Assembly: GCF_001194135.2 (NCBI RefSeq)
Contig: NC_069005.1
Span: 9,166,156-9,230,155, forward strand
Source: Octopus bimaculoides
Taxonomy: Eukaryota
Reading direction: 5' to 3'
Length of the DNA stretch: 64,000 bases
Of the stretch, positions 13,439 through 25,409 are shown piece by piece. Each line of letters begins with the position of its first letter. Positions within the stretch are counted from its first letter, which is position 1. Both the position numbers and the translations under genes were made by a program. The notes beneath the pieces are model-generated. The model made no database searches, had not been told where the DNA came from, and worked only from the letters and a program-made list of their open reading frames with translations.

Positions 13439-14461
13439 TTATGGTCATAATCCCCAACATTCCTATCCCCTGGGCCTCCCACTTCGTTATCAAGACTACC
13501 ACAGAACTAAATAACAACAACAGCAATGCTTGTGATTGTTGCTGTTATGCCTTGTTTGATGAAGCATGTTATCAGAGTTTACAAGATGCTCGGCAAATGC
13601 GAACTCATCACCTTAAACAAACAGCAAGATCGTTAGTATTCATTATGTTTTCCTGCTGTTTCACAATTGCATTTTAATTAATAATTCCATCGAATTAAGG
13701 TCTAAACTTTAGTGGCGAGTAGGGGAAGGGGGGAGATGGGAATTGGGTGGAATGGGGTGGAGGGTATAGGAGGTGAAGGGCGAGGAGGTAGTCGTTAGAG
13801 CAAATTAGTTCTTGACGACAGAACGCTTTGACCCTCGTCATCGCTAACGTCACTACTACTCCCATGATGACGATGATGATGATGATGATGACCATCACCA
13901 CCATCACCGCCACCAACCCCCCACCTCCACCACCCCACCAGCAACAAGAACAACATCTAGCATGGTTGTAATCATCGCCATCACCTTCATTACCACCACC
14001 ACCACCACCACCAATGATAACAACAATAGCACCTAATAAACTAACAACAGTACTGGAGTCATTGTGGCCAGCTGCAGCGCTTTCACCTTCATCAGACCAA
14101 CATAGCTATCATCGTTATCATCATCACCATCAACAATATCAACACCATTATTACAGCCCCCATCAATGACATCAACATCATCATCATCGTCATCATCATC
14201 GTTATCATCATCTGCAACAGTAGCACCAACATTATCATCATCATCATCATCATCACCAACACCCACAGCAATGAAATCAACATCACCATCATCATCATCA
14301 TTTTTTCATTACTAGCACCACCACCACCATCATCACCACAGTTGCCATCACTAATATCATCATCATCATCAATAACACCATCAGTACTAATACATGTGTG
14401 TGTGTGCATGTGTCCTACCACAGTTATATCTCTTTCTGTATATATATATGTATATATATAT

Positions 14462-14870
14462 AATAGAGTTATTAATATTTCTAAGTCTATCTAAAGGAGA
14501 CTACGACAGCGGTACTGGAAATTAATAGTTATCGCCAAGGCAACATGGCAGTCCCAAAATTAGGACGAAAGCTGCCGTGAATTAGCTCCAAGAAGCCATC
14601 GCCTCTAGCTAGCTATGTGACACACGAACCTGTGTCCTTTATAACCTTCGAACAGGGGAGGTCAGCAGTGTCCCCCTGCTGGTTTGGCATCTGCAGACTA
14701 GTTTCAGGGTGTTGCCCCTTGTCAATGCAGAGCAGCCAAGCCCTAGCCAGGCGGCGCTGCTGACTGCCTGTTCGAAAGTTATTTATCTAATTTCAGTGGA
14801 ATCTATCCACTGGTTTTCAGAAATAGAGTTATTAATATTTCTAAGTCTATCTAAAGGAGACTACGACAGC
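14462..14870. repeat. 360-bp structured tandem repeat unit plus start of next copy, running into a 721-N gap
   Basis: An identical 49-bp sequence at 14462-14510 and 14822-14870. Hairpins at 14544-14579, 14619-14636, 14641-14782 and 14794-14812. Confidence 0.75.
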
Positions 14871-16485
14871 NNNNNNNNNNNNNNNNNNNNNNNNNNNNNN
14901 NNNNNNNNNNNNNNNNNNNNNNNNNNNNNNNNNNNNNNNNNNNNNNNNNNNNNNNNNNNNNNNNNNNNNNNNNNNNNNNNNNNNNNNNNNNNNNNNNNNN
15001 NNNNNNNNNNNNNNNNNNNNNNNNNNNNNNNNNNNNNNNNNNNNNNNNNNNNNNNNNNNNNNNNNNNNNNNNNNNNNNNNNNNNNNNNNNNNNNNNNNNN
15101 NNNNNNNNNNNNNNNNNNNNNNNNNNNNNNNNNNNNNNNNNNNNNNNNNNNNNNNNNNNNNNNNNNNNNNNNNNNNNNNNNNNNNNNNNNNNNNNNNNNN
15201 NNNNNNNNNNNNNNNNNNNNNNNNNNNNNNNNNNNNNNNNNNNNNNNNNNNNNNNNNNNNNNNNNNNNNNNNNNNNNNNNNNNNNNNNNNNNNNNNNNNN
15301 NNNNNNNNNNNNNNNNNNNNNNNNNNNNNNNNNNNNNNNNNNNNNNNNNNNNNNNNNNNNNNNNNNNNNNNNNNNNNNNNNNNNNNNNNNNNNNNNNNNN
15401 NNNNNNNNNNNNNNNNNNNNNNNNNNNNNNNNNNNNNNNNNNNNNNNNNNNNNNNNNNNNNNNNNNNNNNNNNNNNNNNNNNNNNNNNNNNNNNNNNNNN
15501 NNNNNNNNNNNNNNNNNNNNNNNNNNNNNNNNNNNNNNNNNNNNNNNNNNNNNNNNNNNNNNNNNNNNNNNNNNNNNNNNNNNNNNNNNNNACACACACA
15601 CACACACACACATATTATTCTTATCTCTTCTACTTCCTTTCTATGCTTCTCTCTTTCTATCTCCACCCCACTCTCTCTCTCCCTCTCTTTTTTTTTACCT
15701 TTCTCTCTCTCTCCTGCTGCGCCCTTAACATACCCCTTGCCCACCTCCATATCATTCCTACAAACCCCTTCTTCCGTTAAATGTGTTAAGTAGGGAAAGG
15801 GAATTTATCAATCAGAAAATTCTAACAATGGGAAAAAGGGCAAAAGGGGAAAAAAAATAAATTTAAAAAAAAATTAAATTTAAAAAAAAAAAAATCTAGT
15901 GTGTAGGAAAATCACTGGGCATCAGGGGCATTAGGGGGTAGTTTTGACATGGAGGGTGAGGAGGAAGGGGATGCTGGTACTGCTGTTGTTAACGATGGTG
16001 ATGATGATGATGATGATGATGACAGTGATGATGAGGAAGAGGTTGGGGTTTTGATGAAGATCCTGTCAAGGCAGGTTCTGAATCCTTAATTGAAAGCTGA
16101 TGTGTGTGTTGGGAACGTAGGGCTTGCTATAAAAATATTTAACAGATAATCCCTATGATTGTTTTAATCTTTCTCCTGTCAGTATTGATGGCATTTTTGA
16201 CATTAGATTGATTCAGTCAGGCCCCAGAACAAGAAAAAAAAAAAACAAAGCTTATTAGCTCCCATCCTCCTTCTTCTCCTCCTCACGGCAACCACCTCTT
16301 GTAAAAATACTGAATGATGCACTTTGCATTCTGTGTTCAGATCCTGCTGCAGTCACTGTTACTTTGTGTCTCTTCCTGGGGTTGATACAGAAAACTCTAG
16401 CCCAGACCAGCAGTGGACTGGCTAAGCTGTTAGAAGAGCCAACCTGATGTCCTATTTCATCTGTCTTTACCAAATTCCACTGAGG

Positions 16486-16606
16486 TCAACCTTGCCTTCC
16501 ATCTTTCAGGGTTGATAAAATAAACATAAGGTGAGTCACTGGGGTCGATGTAGTTGACTCAGCCCCTTCCCCAAAATTTCTGGCCTTGTGCCAAAGTTTG
16601 AAATCA
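16486..16606 (+). mobile_element. SINE family D, 3' half with (ATT)n tail
   Basis: 'ccttgccttccatctttcagggttgataaaat...ggggtcgatgtagttgac...ggccttgtgccaaagtttgaaa' followed by (ATT)n. Confidence 0.75.
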
Positions 16607-16629
16607 TTACTATTATTATTATTATTATT

Positions 16630-16759
16630 GAGTGAGAGAGCAGTGCATGCCATCAAAGTGACACTGGTGTAAAATATACGAAACCCAATATACCCATCAT
16701 GACTACCTGTCTGATAAGGGTACACCAGGCACATGCATCACAACCATATGTACGCGACA

Positions 16760-16760
<1 letters not shown>
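16630..16760 (-). mobile_element. Family E, truncated copy in (ATT)n
   Basis: Matches 4630-4760 and is flanked by (ATT)n on both sides. Confidence 0.75.
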
Positions 16761-16795
<35 letters not shown>

Positions 16796-17030
16796 GTTGT
16801 TTTTTTTCTTCTTTCTTCAAATTTTCTTCCATTTCTCACTGAGTGTTTTCTGTACACCTAGGGCAGAGAAACTCATTGTATGCATTCCCAGTTTACACAT
16901 GCAAATTCACGGGTAAAATCTGTATTTAAAAAAAAAATTAATAAATAAATAAATTCATGAATGGATGTTATTTTCACAGCGATAATGCTCTTCTCAGTAC
17001 ATGAGCACATAAGTCATTCCAGTTAACATG

Positions 17031-17070
<40 letters not shown>

Positions 17071-17080
17071 ATTATTATTT

Positions 17081-17455
17081 TATGTTTGACTTTTGTTTTG
17101 CATTTGTACAAGTTGGATCCAAGTCTCACCTAGAGAACTCAAGAGACAACAAGTTAGAAGTTCATGTAGGTGTTAAGCCTAGGGTACTATATATTTGGAT
17201 TTGTACAGTTTTGTTCAAGTGAATGTTTAAGAAACCATAAGAAAATTATGTGTTTGCTTTAAAATTTGAGATCACATAGACAGTATTTTACGTAGCATAT
17301 GGGCAGTTCCCATGAGCACTATCTTTTGAACTTCAGCCATTTTGGGGTTTCCTGGTATCTGAGCTAGGTAGTAATCAGCCCGTTTCGCTGTCATTCTCAG
17401 GGCACCTATGACAATAGGTATTGTTTTCGTCTTCAGATTCCACATTTTGCTAATT
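17081..17455 (-). mobile_element. R4/Dong-type RLE LINE 3' fragment
   Basis: Minus strand 17454-17272 encodes ISKMWNLKTKTIPIVIGALRMTAKRADYYLAQIPGNPKMAEVQKIVLMGTAHMLRKILSM*. (ATT)n lies on both sides. Confidence 0.85.
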
Positions 17456-17466
17456 TATTATTATTA

Positions 17467-17531
<65 letters not shown>

Positions 17532-17680
17532 TTGAATCAGAACCTTATTTCATCTGCTCTGACTTTACAGAAACAATCTGGTCAAGACTGTTAAAACCTC
17601 TCTCTCTCTCTCATATTGCATCCATCTGACCATTCATCTCATAAATATCAGATCAAATAAAAAAGTTAGTGACTTTCAAT

Positions 17681-18004
17681 TAGGAGTTCTCAACCATTTT
17701 TAGCCTGTGGACCCCTTTTAATTACTATTTTATTCTGGTGGACTCCCATAGCCATTCGATGTTTGGAAACTAGGTTTATAGAATTTTCTTTCTGAATTCC
17801 TATTTTGTTTTTCACTTCTGTAGGTTGAACTCTGTAAAATGTCAGAGAAAGAAACCCAGCTGTTTCGTGCAATATATACTAATATATACATCTAAAGGAA
17901 AATCCTTTTCAGGGGCCCTTAAAATTCTATTGTGGATCCCCAGTTTGCTGTTCTGTTGTGTAGAGCTCCTCAAATTGTAAATGGACCCTGTTTGAGAATC
18001 ACTG
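17681..18004. mobile_element. Probable hAT-type MITE, decayed
   Basis: Imperfect termini 'taggagttctcaac' / 'tttgagaatcactg' and subterminal GGACCC motifs. No 8-bp TSD is recognisable. Confidence 0.45.
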
Positions 18005-18099
18005 GTTTAGACAAATTTGTATGCCAGGGTGGCAGGGTGGTAGTAAGGAGCAAAGCAGAATTGGGCTTTTTTTGGTGGGGTGGGACTTATCATGTCATC

Positions 18100-18413
18100 A
18101 TCATCATCATCATCACCATCATCGTTTAACGTCTGCTTTCCATGCTAGCATGGGTTGAACGATTTGACTGAGGACTGGTGAACCAGATGGCTACACCAGG
18201 CTCCAATCTGATTTGGCAGAGTTTCTACAGATGGATGCCCTTCCTAATGCCAACCACTCCGAGAGTGTAGTGGGTGCTTTTATGTGCCACCGGCACAAAG
18301 GCCAGTCAGGCGGTACTGACAACGGCCACACTCAAAATGGTGTATTTTACGTGCCACCTGCACAGGAGCCAGTCCAGCGGCACTGGCAACGATCTCACTC
18401 GAATGTCTTTTCA
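18100..18413 (-). mobile_element. SINE-like family B, longest copy (runs into gap)
   Basis: Matches 12567-12838 and extends further. Confidence 0.85.
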
Positions 18414-19050
18414 NNNNNNNNNNNNNNNNNNNNNNNNNNNNNNNNNNNNNNNNNNNNNNNNNNNNNNNNNNNNNNNNNNNNNNNNNNNNNNNNNNNNNNN
18501 NNNNNNNNNNNNNNNNNNNNNNNNNNNNNNNNNNNNNNNNNNNNNNNNNNNNNNNNNNNNNNNNNNNNNNNNNNNNNNNNNNNNNNNNNNNNNNNNNNNN
18601 NNNNNNNNNNNNNNNNNNNNNNNNNNNNNNNNNNNNNNNNNNNNNNNNNNNNNNNNNNNNNNNNNNNNNNNNNNNNNNNNNNNNNNNNNNNNNNNNNNNN
18701 NNNNNNNNNNNNNNNNNNNNNNNNNNNNNNNNNNNNNNNNNNNNNNNNNNNNNNNNNNNNNNNNNNNNNNNNNNNNNNNNNNNNNNNNNNNNNNNNNNNN
18801 NNNNNNNNNNNNNNNNNNNNNNNNNNNNNNNNNNNNNNNNNNNNNNNNNNCAAATAAAAGCTTATCCAGGTAATCTTTAATCATACAGAGATGCTGCTGA
18901 TTACAGGAAGTCAATTTCAATTTCACATATCATAGAACAGCTGTTGTGTGTGTGTAGATGTACAACAGTTTGTGTTTGTCTTGAGTGTGTTTGTGTGAAG
19001 GAATGCTCTGTGTGAGTGCAGATGTATTTTTCAAGTACTTAAAGAGATAT

Positions 19051-19097
<47 letters not shown>

Positions 19098-19342
19098 GAT
19101 AGATAGATACACACATACACATGTGTATGTAAATATGTTTGTGTTTATGTACATACATAAATATATATATATATACCTGTACACAAACTATCTATATATA
19201 TGAGTGTATATATATAATGTGTTTATATATGTATATATAACAGATATATTAATTTATACACACACACTCACACACATGTATGTATATATATGTATATGTG
19301 TATGCTTTTCTGAATGAATATATATATGTGTGTGTGTGTATG

Positions 19343-19378
<36 letters not shown>

Positions 19379-19397
19379 TATATATAATATATATATG

Positions 19398-19464
<67 letters not shown>

Positions 19465-19795
19465 AAGGCATGACATGTCATCAGATAATTTGGGCTCAGT
19501 AATCAGATCCACACACAATTTCTTTATTAAAACCAATCATCATATCATGGAATGGGCTAAATTGCTGGGTTGAAGCAATGTTATTTTGTAATAAGCAATA
19601 CAGAAAGCGTAATTGGTATTTTTAAGCTTTGTAATATACACGTGTTTCTGTAGATCACAGTTATACATCTTCAGTATTCCTGCAAAAATACAATATGATG
19701 TTTGTCGCTTTCCCTTGTGTATATAAATTATACATGTTAAATGTAAAGAAAGTAGTACACCAGACTAGCAGTAGAGGTGATAGTAGATGAGGTCA

Positions 19796-20088
19796 TGGCA
19801 CTCCGTTGGTTACGTCGATGAGGGTTCCAGTTGATCTGATCAACAGATCAGCCTGCTCGTGAAATTAACCGGCAAGTAGCTGAGCACTCCACAGACACGT
19901 GTACCCTTAATTTAGTCCTCAGAGAGATTCAGCATGACACAGAGTGTGACAAGGCTGGCCCCTTTGAATTACAGGTACAACAGAAACAGGAAGAAACAGT
20001 GAGAGAAAGTTGTGGCGAAAGAGTACAGCAGGGTTCACCACCACTCACTGCTGGTGCCTCATGGAGCTTTAGGTGTTTTCGCTCAATA
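19796..20088 (-). mobile_element. SINE family C, 5'-truncated
   Basis: Matches the 3' about 290 bp of family C and abuts the mariner relic. Confidence 0.85.
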
Positions 20089-21175
20089 TATGGGAGCCTT
20101 TGGAATGTCATCCTTGCTGCATGTGGCTGAGCATTATCCTGATGGAGGAACACCTTTCGTCTTTGAAACCAAAGATGGTCGTTTTTCTTCTAGCGCTGAC
20201 TGAAGCCACTCAAGCTGCTTGCAGTGGAACTCCTTTGTTATCGTTTGGTTAGGGTTTAAAAGTTCAAAGTGGACTAAACCTTTCATATCCCACCAAACAA
20301 ATAACAACACCTTACATAGATGAAGACCTTCTTTAACCTGGGGTGCCAGTGTTTCTCCTTTCCATACCCACTGTCTTCAGTGCTTGACATTTTTATAGAG
20401 AACCCATTTCTTGTCACCAGTCAATATTCGGTCCAAAAACTGTTCATTCGTGAGACGTGACAGCAAAGAAGAGCACACATTCACTCTATGCACGTGATTA
20501 GGCTCAGAAAGTTTGTGAGGCACACATTAACCCAATTTGTTGACTTTTTCGATGGCATGCAGGTGTCGATGAATGGTTGAATGACCAAATCCAAGCTTCT
20601 CCGCTAGTTCCTCAACAGTTATAATGGGATTTCTCTCCACCAGGATTTGCAGGACATTCCAGTGGAACTCTGTTTGTTTCTGCATTTTGTTTGGCATTCA
20701 CTCACCTGATTCTGATAATCTACCATGTGTCCTTGCGGATGTATGTGTTTTGTATGTGTGCATGTTTGTATATGTTACTGCGATTGAGTGAATGTGTGTA
20801 TGCATGTGTGTGTGTGTGTGTGTGTGTGTACGTTTGAATGTGTGGACATGAGTGTGTAGGTTTGCAAGAAACTCCGTATGTATGTGTGTTTGTGTAAGTA
20901 TACGTACGAGTCTCTGCACTTCTAGGCTGTAGTTTTTGGCTTGGAATTTCTGGAACCACTATTGACACTGGCTTATGCTTATTGTCCGATCTCCACATAC
21001 TGCATTAATATTCTGTTGCATCATTGCTTTTATTGAACTCATAGAACAAAATATACCGAATATGCTCGTTTGTTACTTTCATTATAGCTTGGAAAAAATA
21101 ACTTATAACTTTACCTTGTACTTATTTTTAGTGCAAGTTTTGATGAGAGCAGTTCGATTTTAAGTTAGCTGAAGG
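20089..21175 (-). pseudogene. Decayed mariner (DD34D-type) transposase, interrupted by a 248-bp insertion
   Basis: Minus-strand peptides: EHIRYILFYEFNKSNDA...WFQKFQAKNYSLE; NPIITVEELAEKLGFGHSTIHRHL; KLG*CVPHKLSE (WVPHEL motif); FLDRILTGDKKWVL (first D); HQDNAQPHAA (second D). Stops and frameshifts are present. Confidence 0.9.
20671..20918 (+). repeat. 248-bp direct repeat, copy 1 (inside mariner)
   Basis: Identical by eye to 22631-22878, including the (TG)n length. Confidence 0.9.
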
Positions 21176-21209
21176 GAAAGGTAGACAGCGAGAGATGGAC
21201 AGAAGTATT

Positions 21210-21274
<65 letters not shown>

Positions 21275-21357
21275 ATATATACGTTGTTGATCTAAAGTTG
21301 TTGATCTAAAGTTTTCCCCATTTTCTGACAATTTAAATTACACACACACATATATAT

Positions 21358-21412
<55 letters not shown>

Positions 21413-21460
21413 AATACTTCTGTCCATCTCTCGCTGTCTACCTTTCCCTTCAGCTAACTT
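21162..21460. repeat. Fold-back inverted duplication, arms 120 and 110 bp
   Basis: 21162-21281 is the reverse complement of 21351-21460 except for (GT)n length (24 vs 19 units). Confidence 0.9.
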
Positions 21461-21829
21461 TTTAACCACTTAATAAGTATTCCTTCCGCATTCCACTGCC
21501 TGTCGTTAACACTTCCCTCTCCCCCTTCTTCTGTCATTGTCTTTTTCTCTCATTCTTCACCTCTACCTTCAGCTGACCACATGACCATTTAGCCGAGGTG
21601 TATTAATATTAATCACCTTTCTCTACTTCTTCCCCTCTTCTTTCTCCACTCCTCTCTCTCACTCTCACTCTTACTCCACCTCTCACTCAGTCCACCTCTC
21701 TAACTAACTAACATAATGACAGGTGAACAAACAAGCAGACTATTAACTAGGGTATCTCATAGCTTTGAGATTTTGATGACGTGATTGTTTAACTTAAGAA
21801 TGGAATTGCAGAGTAGAAATGAAAAACTA

Positions 21830-21900
21830 GAATTGGATGCTTTGAATATAAAACTGGTAGATTATTTGGGTCTGTTGTGGCTGGTTTAAATGCTAAAGGG
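21830..21900 (-). mobile_element. Fragment of the piggyBac-like MITE at 52301-52729
   Basis: The reverse complement begins 'ccctttagcatttaaacc...' as at 52301. Confidence 0.55.
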
Positions 21901-22039
21901 TTTACCACTCACAACATGGAATAAAGCCATCTCTCTCAACACCACCCTCAGTTGAAGGATATAATCTTGTGTATTACTTGGTGACCTAATTAGTGTTAAA
22001 AAAAGGGTGAAGGCCACCTTTGGTCATAAAGGACTATGG

Positions 22040-22320
22040 AATTGCACCTAGAAAGGTTGTTTATGGAAGACCAGCAGCAGTCGCCCATGCATGCCAGCCT
22101 CCTCTCTCCATGCCACCAGTGTTTTCCAAGGGAAAGGCAAAGGCTGATACAGCTTGGCACCAGTGACATCACAACTCATTTTTACAGCAGAGTGAACTGG
22201 AGCAATGTGAAATAAAGTGTCTTGCTCAAGAACACAACGCACAGCCCGGTCCGGGAATCGAACTCACTATCCCGTGACTCTGAGCCTGATGCTCTAACCA
22301 CTGAACCATGGACCCTCACT
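22040..22320 (-). mobile_element. SINE family F
   Basis: tRNA-like head (tggttcagtggttagagc...gagttcgattccc), CORE-like segment and longer 3' body. Confidence 0.8.
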
Positions 22321-22389
22321 GTTCCTTGGAGGGGAACTTTCTAGGTGCAATCCTGCAGTCATCCATTGCTGGTTCCACGATAAAAGCAT

Positions 22390-22560
22390 TTAGTACACTC
22401 TGTAGAGTTGTTGGCGTCAGGAAGAGCATCCAGGGATAGAAACCGTGCCAAAGCAGATACTAAGCTTAGCACAGTCCCCTGGCTCACCAGTTCCTCTTTG
22501 AACTGTCCAACCCATGCTGGCATGGAAAAACAGACGTTAAATGATACCAATAATGATGAC
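22390..22560 (+). mobile_element. SINE-like family B, 3' part
   Basis: 'gttggcgtcaggaagagcatcc...ccaacccatgctggcatggaaaaacagacgttaaatgat'. Confidence 0.75.
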
Positions 22561-22630
22561 CATCATATGATGACTTTCTCCACCCTCCAGGGACGTAACT
22601 AAATACCACAATACACATAATCTATTTTTT

Positions 22631-22878
22631 TGTTTGTTTCTGCATTTTGTTTGGCATTCACTCACCTGATTCTGATAATCTACCATGTGTCCTTGCGGAT
22701 GTATGTGTTTTGTATGTGTGCATGTTTGTATATGTTACTGCGATTGAGTGAATGTGTGTATGCATGTGTGTGTGTGTGTGTGTGTGTGTACGTTTGAATG
22801 TGTGGACATGAGTGTGTAGGTTTGCAAGAAACTCCGTATGTATGTGTGTTTGTGTAAGTATACGTACGAGTCTCTGCA
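22631..22878 (+). repeat. 248-bp direct repeat, copy 2 (probable donor)
   Basis: Continues seamlessly into TG-rich flanking DNA. Confidence 0.9.
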
Positions 22879-23526
22879 TGTGTGAATGTCTGCGTGACTC
22901 TTTGTACGTGTGCATGTATGTTTGTGTGTATGTGTAGAAACATGTGCATTTGTTGTGGAAGTATGTACATCTCTGTGTATGCGTGTGTGCGTGTGCATAG
23001 ATACAATGTAAATAACAAGACACTAAGAGTTAGAAGTTTGAGGAGGTGGTGCAATAGAAGCGGGAATTCATCGCCATGGAAACAAATGTAAAAAAAAAAA
23101 TAATACTTGTGCAAAGATACATTGTACAATCATCATCATTCATTCTATTCCACTCCAGCCCTGCTCCAACCCCACTCCAGTTCCACTCCCACTCTCATTC
23201 ATTTGTTTCATATCTCCATTTCTCTGACCAGAACCAATCAGTTCCATACTTGAGTCCAGTTTTATCTTTACTACAATGTCTCTGTTTGTTATGACATATT
23301 TTCACACACACACACACAATTATATGTGTATATATAATGCATGTGTATATAGATAGATATGTGTGTGTATCCATATATATACACATATATACATATATAT
23401 ACACATATTTATATGTATACAGATAAATATATCCATATATATATATATATATATGTAATATATATGATATATGTATATATAATATATATGATATACATAT
23501 CGTATTCATGATATAAATATATATAT

Positions 23527-23594
<68 letters not shown>

Positions 23595-24689
23595 TAGATA
23601 GATAGACAGATAGATGTATATCATAATAATATATATATGTATACATACAGATATTCATTATCAACAATATAGTCATCATCTATTATTTTCGTCATCCGTG
23701 ATTATGATGATGATGAAGATACACGATGTGAATGAAAGTTATGATGATGGTGATGATGAAGATGATGATGATTGCAATGGCAGCAGTGTCAGTGTTAAAG
23801 GCAAAGCTTCATTTCGATGAAGGCAACATGACAGCGTTGCAGAAGGTGGCAGCAGCGTTTGAGTCAAAGATGACATTGATGACGACGGTGTTTATGAAGA
23901 GGGACGATGTCAATGACGGCAACGATGACATCGTACCAACAACAACAACAACACCATCGATATGATTGACGACGGTGACACCGACGGTGATGACTACAAC
24001 ATCAACAGCAATGATAATGATTATGATGATGATGATGATGACAATCATAAGGATTACACTGATGACTGCTTCCCCTGTAACTTTGATCTGCGTTTGATGT
24101 AATTTAGATCCCATCTAAAACACATATCTCCCACTCACCCCTGTTTCTCCGATGGAGTTAATTTTTAAAAAATTTATTTATGTTTTTTGTTTTTGATTCT
24201 TTGTAGCATTCCCCCCGCCCCGACACACACACTTCTCATCCTATTCTAATCCCTTAATTTTTTTTTTTATTTTACTTAAATATTCATTTATTTAGTTAGT
24301 TTAATTTTGCATCTTTCATTGGAATTTGCTTCACATTCGAAAAAAAAAAAAAAAAAAAAGGTAAAGATTAATAGATTATTTGTTTCCTTTTTCCTTGTTA
24401 TCGCTGATTGATCTTTAAAAACTTTCGGAGTTGATATTGCAGTTTCTTTTTTTACTTTCAACATTGCTGCATTTTCTGTTTAACACCAGCTACGACAACA
24501 ATAAGCATATCGTGGCATTGACAAGGAGAGAACCTGGCATGTTAAATCAATGAGAAAGGGTACTCCAGTATGGTCCCTTGTGGTCTGTTAGAAAAATATC
24601 AATGGCACTGTCTTTACGTATCATCTCACCTTCATAAATATCTGACCAAGTCTACATTAAATATATATTCCTTGTCTTTTACTTGAAGT

Positions 24690-25018
24690 GTTTTTGTTGA
24701 ATAATTCCACACTGGGTCTTGTTTTTCTGAGCCTAGTACTTATTCTATCGGTCTCTTTGGTCGAATCACTAAGTTATGGGGGATATGAACACACCAACAC
24801 TGATTGTCAAGCGGTGATGGGGGCGGGGTGGGGACAAACATGGACACAAAAAAAAATACACACAGACACAGACACACACACACACACACATATACAATGG
24901 GCTTCTCTCAGTTTCTGTCTAGCACATCCATTCCCAAATCTTTGGTTGGCCTGATACTATAGTTGAAGACACTTGCCCAGGTTGGGGCAAGATTTTTCTC
25001 ACACAACTACACCTGTGC

Positions 25019-25110
<92 letters not shown>

Positions 25111-25272
25111 GTGTGTATATATATATATATATGTATATATATATGTATAAGAATATACACATACATCAGGCTCCTTTCAGTTTCCATCTATCAAATCCAC
25201 TCACAAAGCTTTGATTGGCTCGGGGCTATAGTAGAAGACACTTACTCAAGTATCACACAGCCATGCCTTCAC
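24690..25272 (-). mobile_element. SINE family A fragments around (CT)n/(AT)n
   Basis: Diverged family A sequence at about 24690-24985 and about 25165-25272. Confidence 0.7.
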
Positions 25273-25273
25273 C

Positions 25274-25318
<45 letters not shown>

Positions 25319-25357
25319 CCACATAGTTAGATTAATTGATAAACGGATAGATATACT

Positions 25358-25409
<52 letters not shown>

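Noticed and set aside
14540-14585. GTCC...GGACGAAA as hammerhead, HDV-like, twister or SRP helix 8
   Set aside because: The CUGANGA core is absent and the pseudoknots or conserved loops of the other classes could not be built. It is kept only as an unassigned structure.
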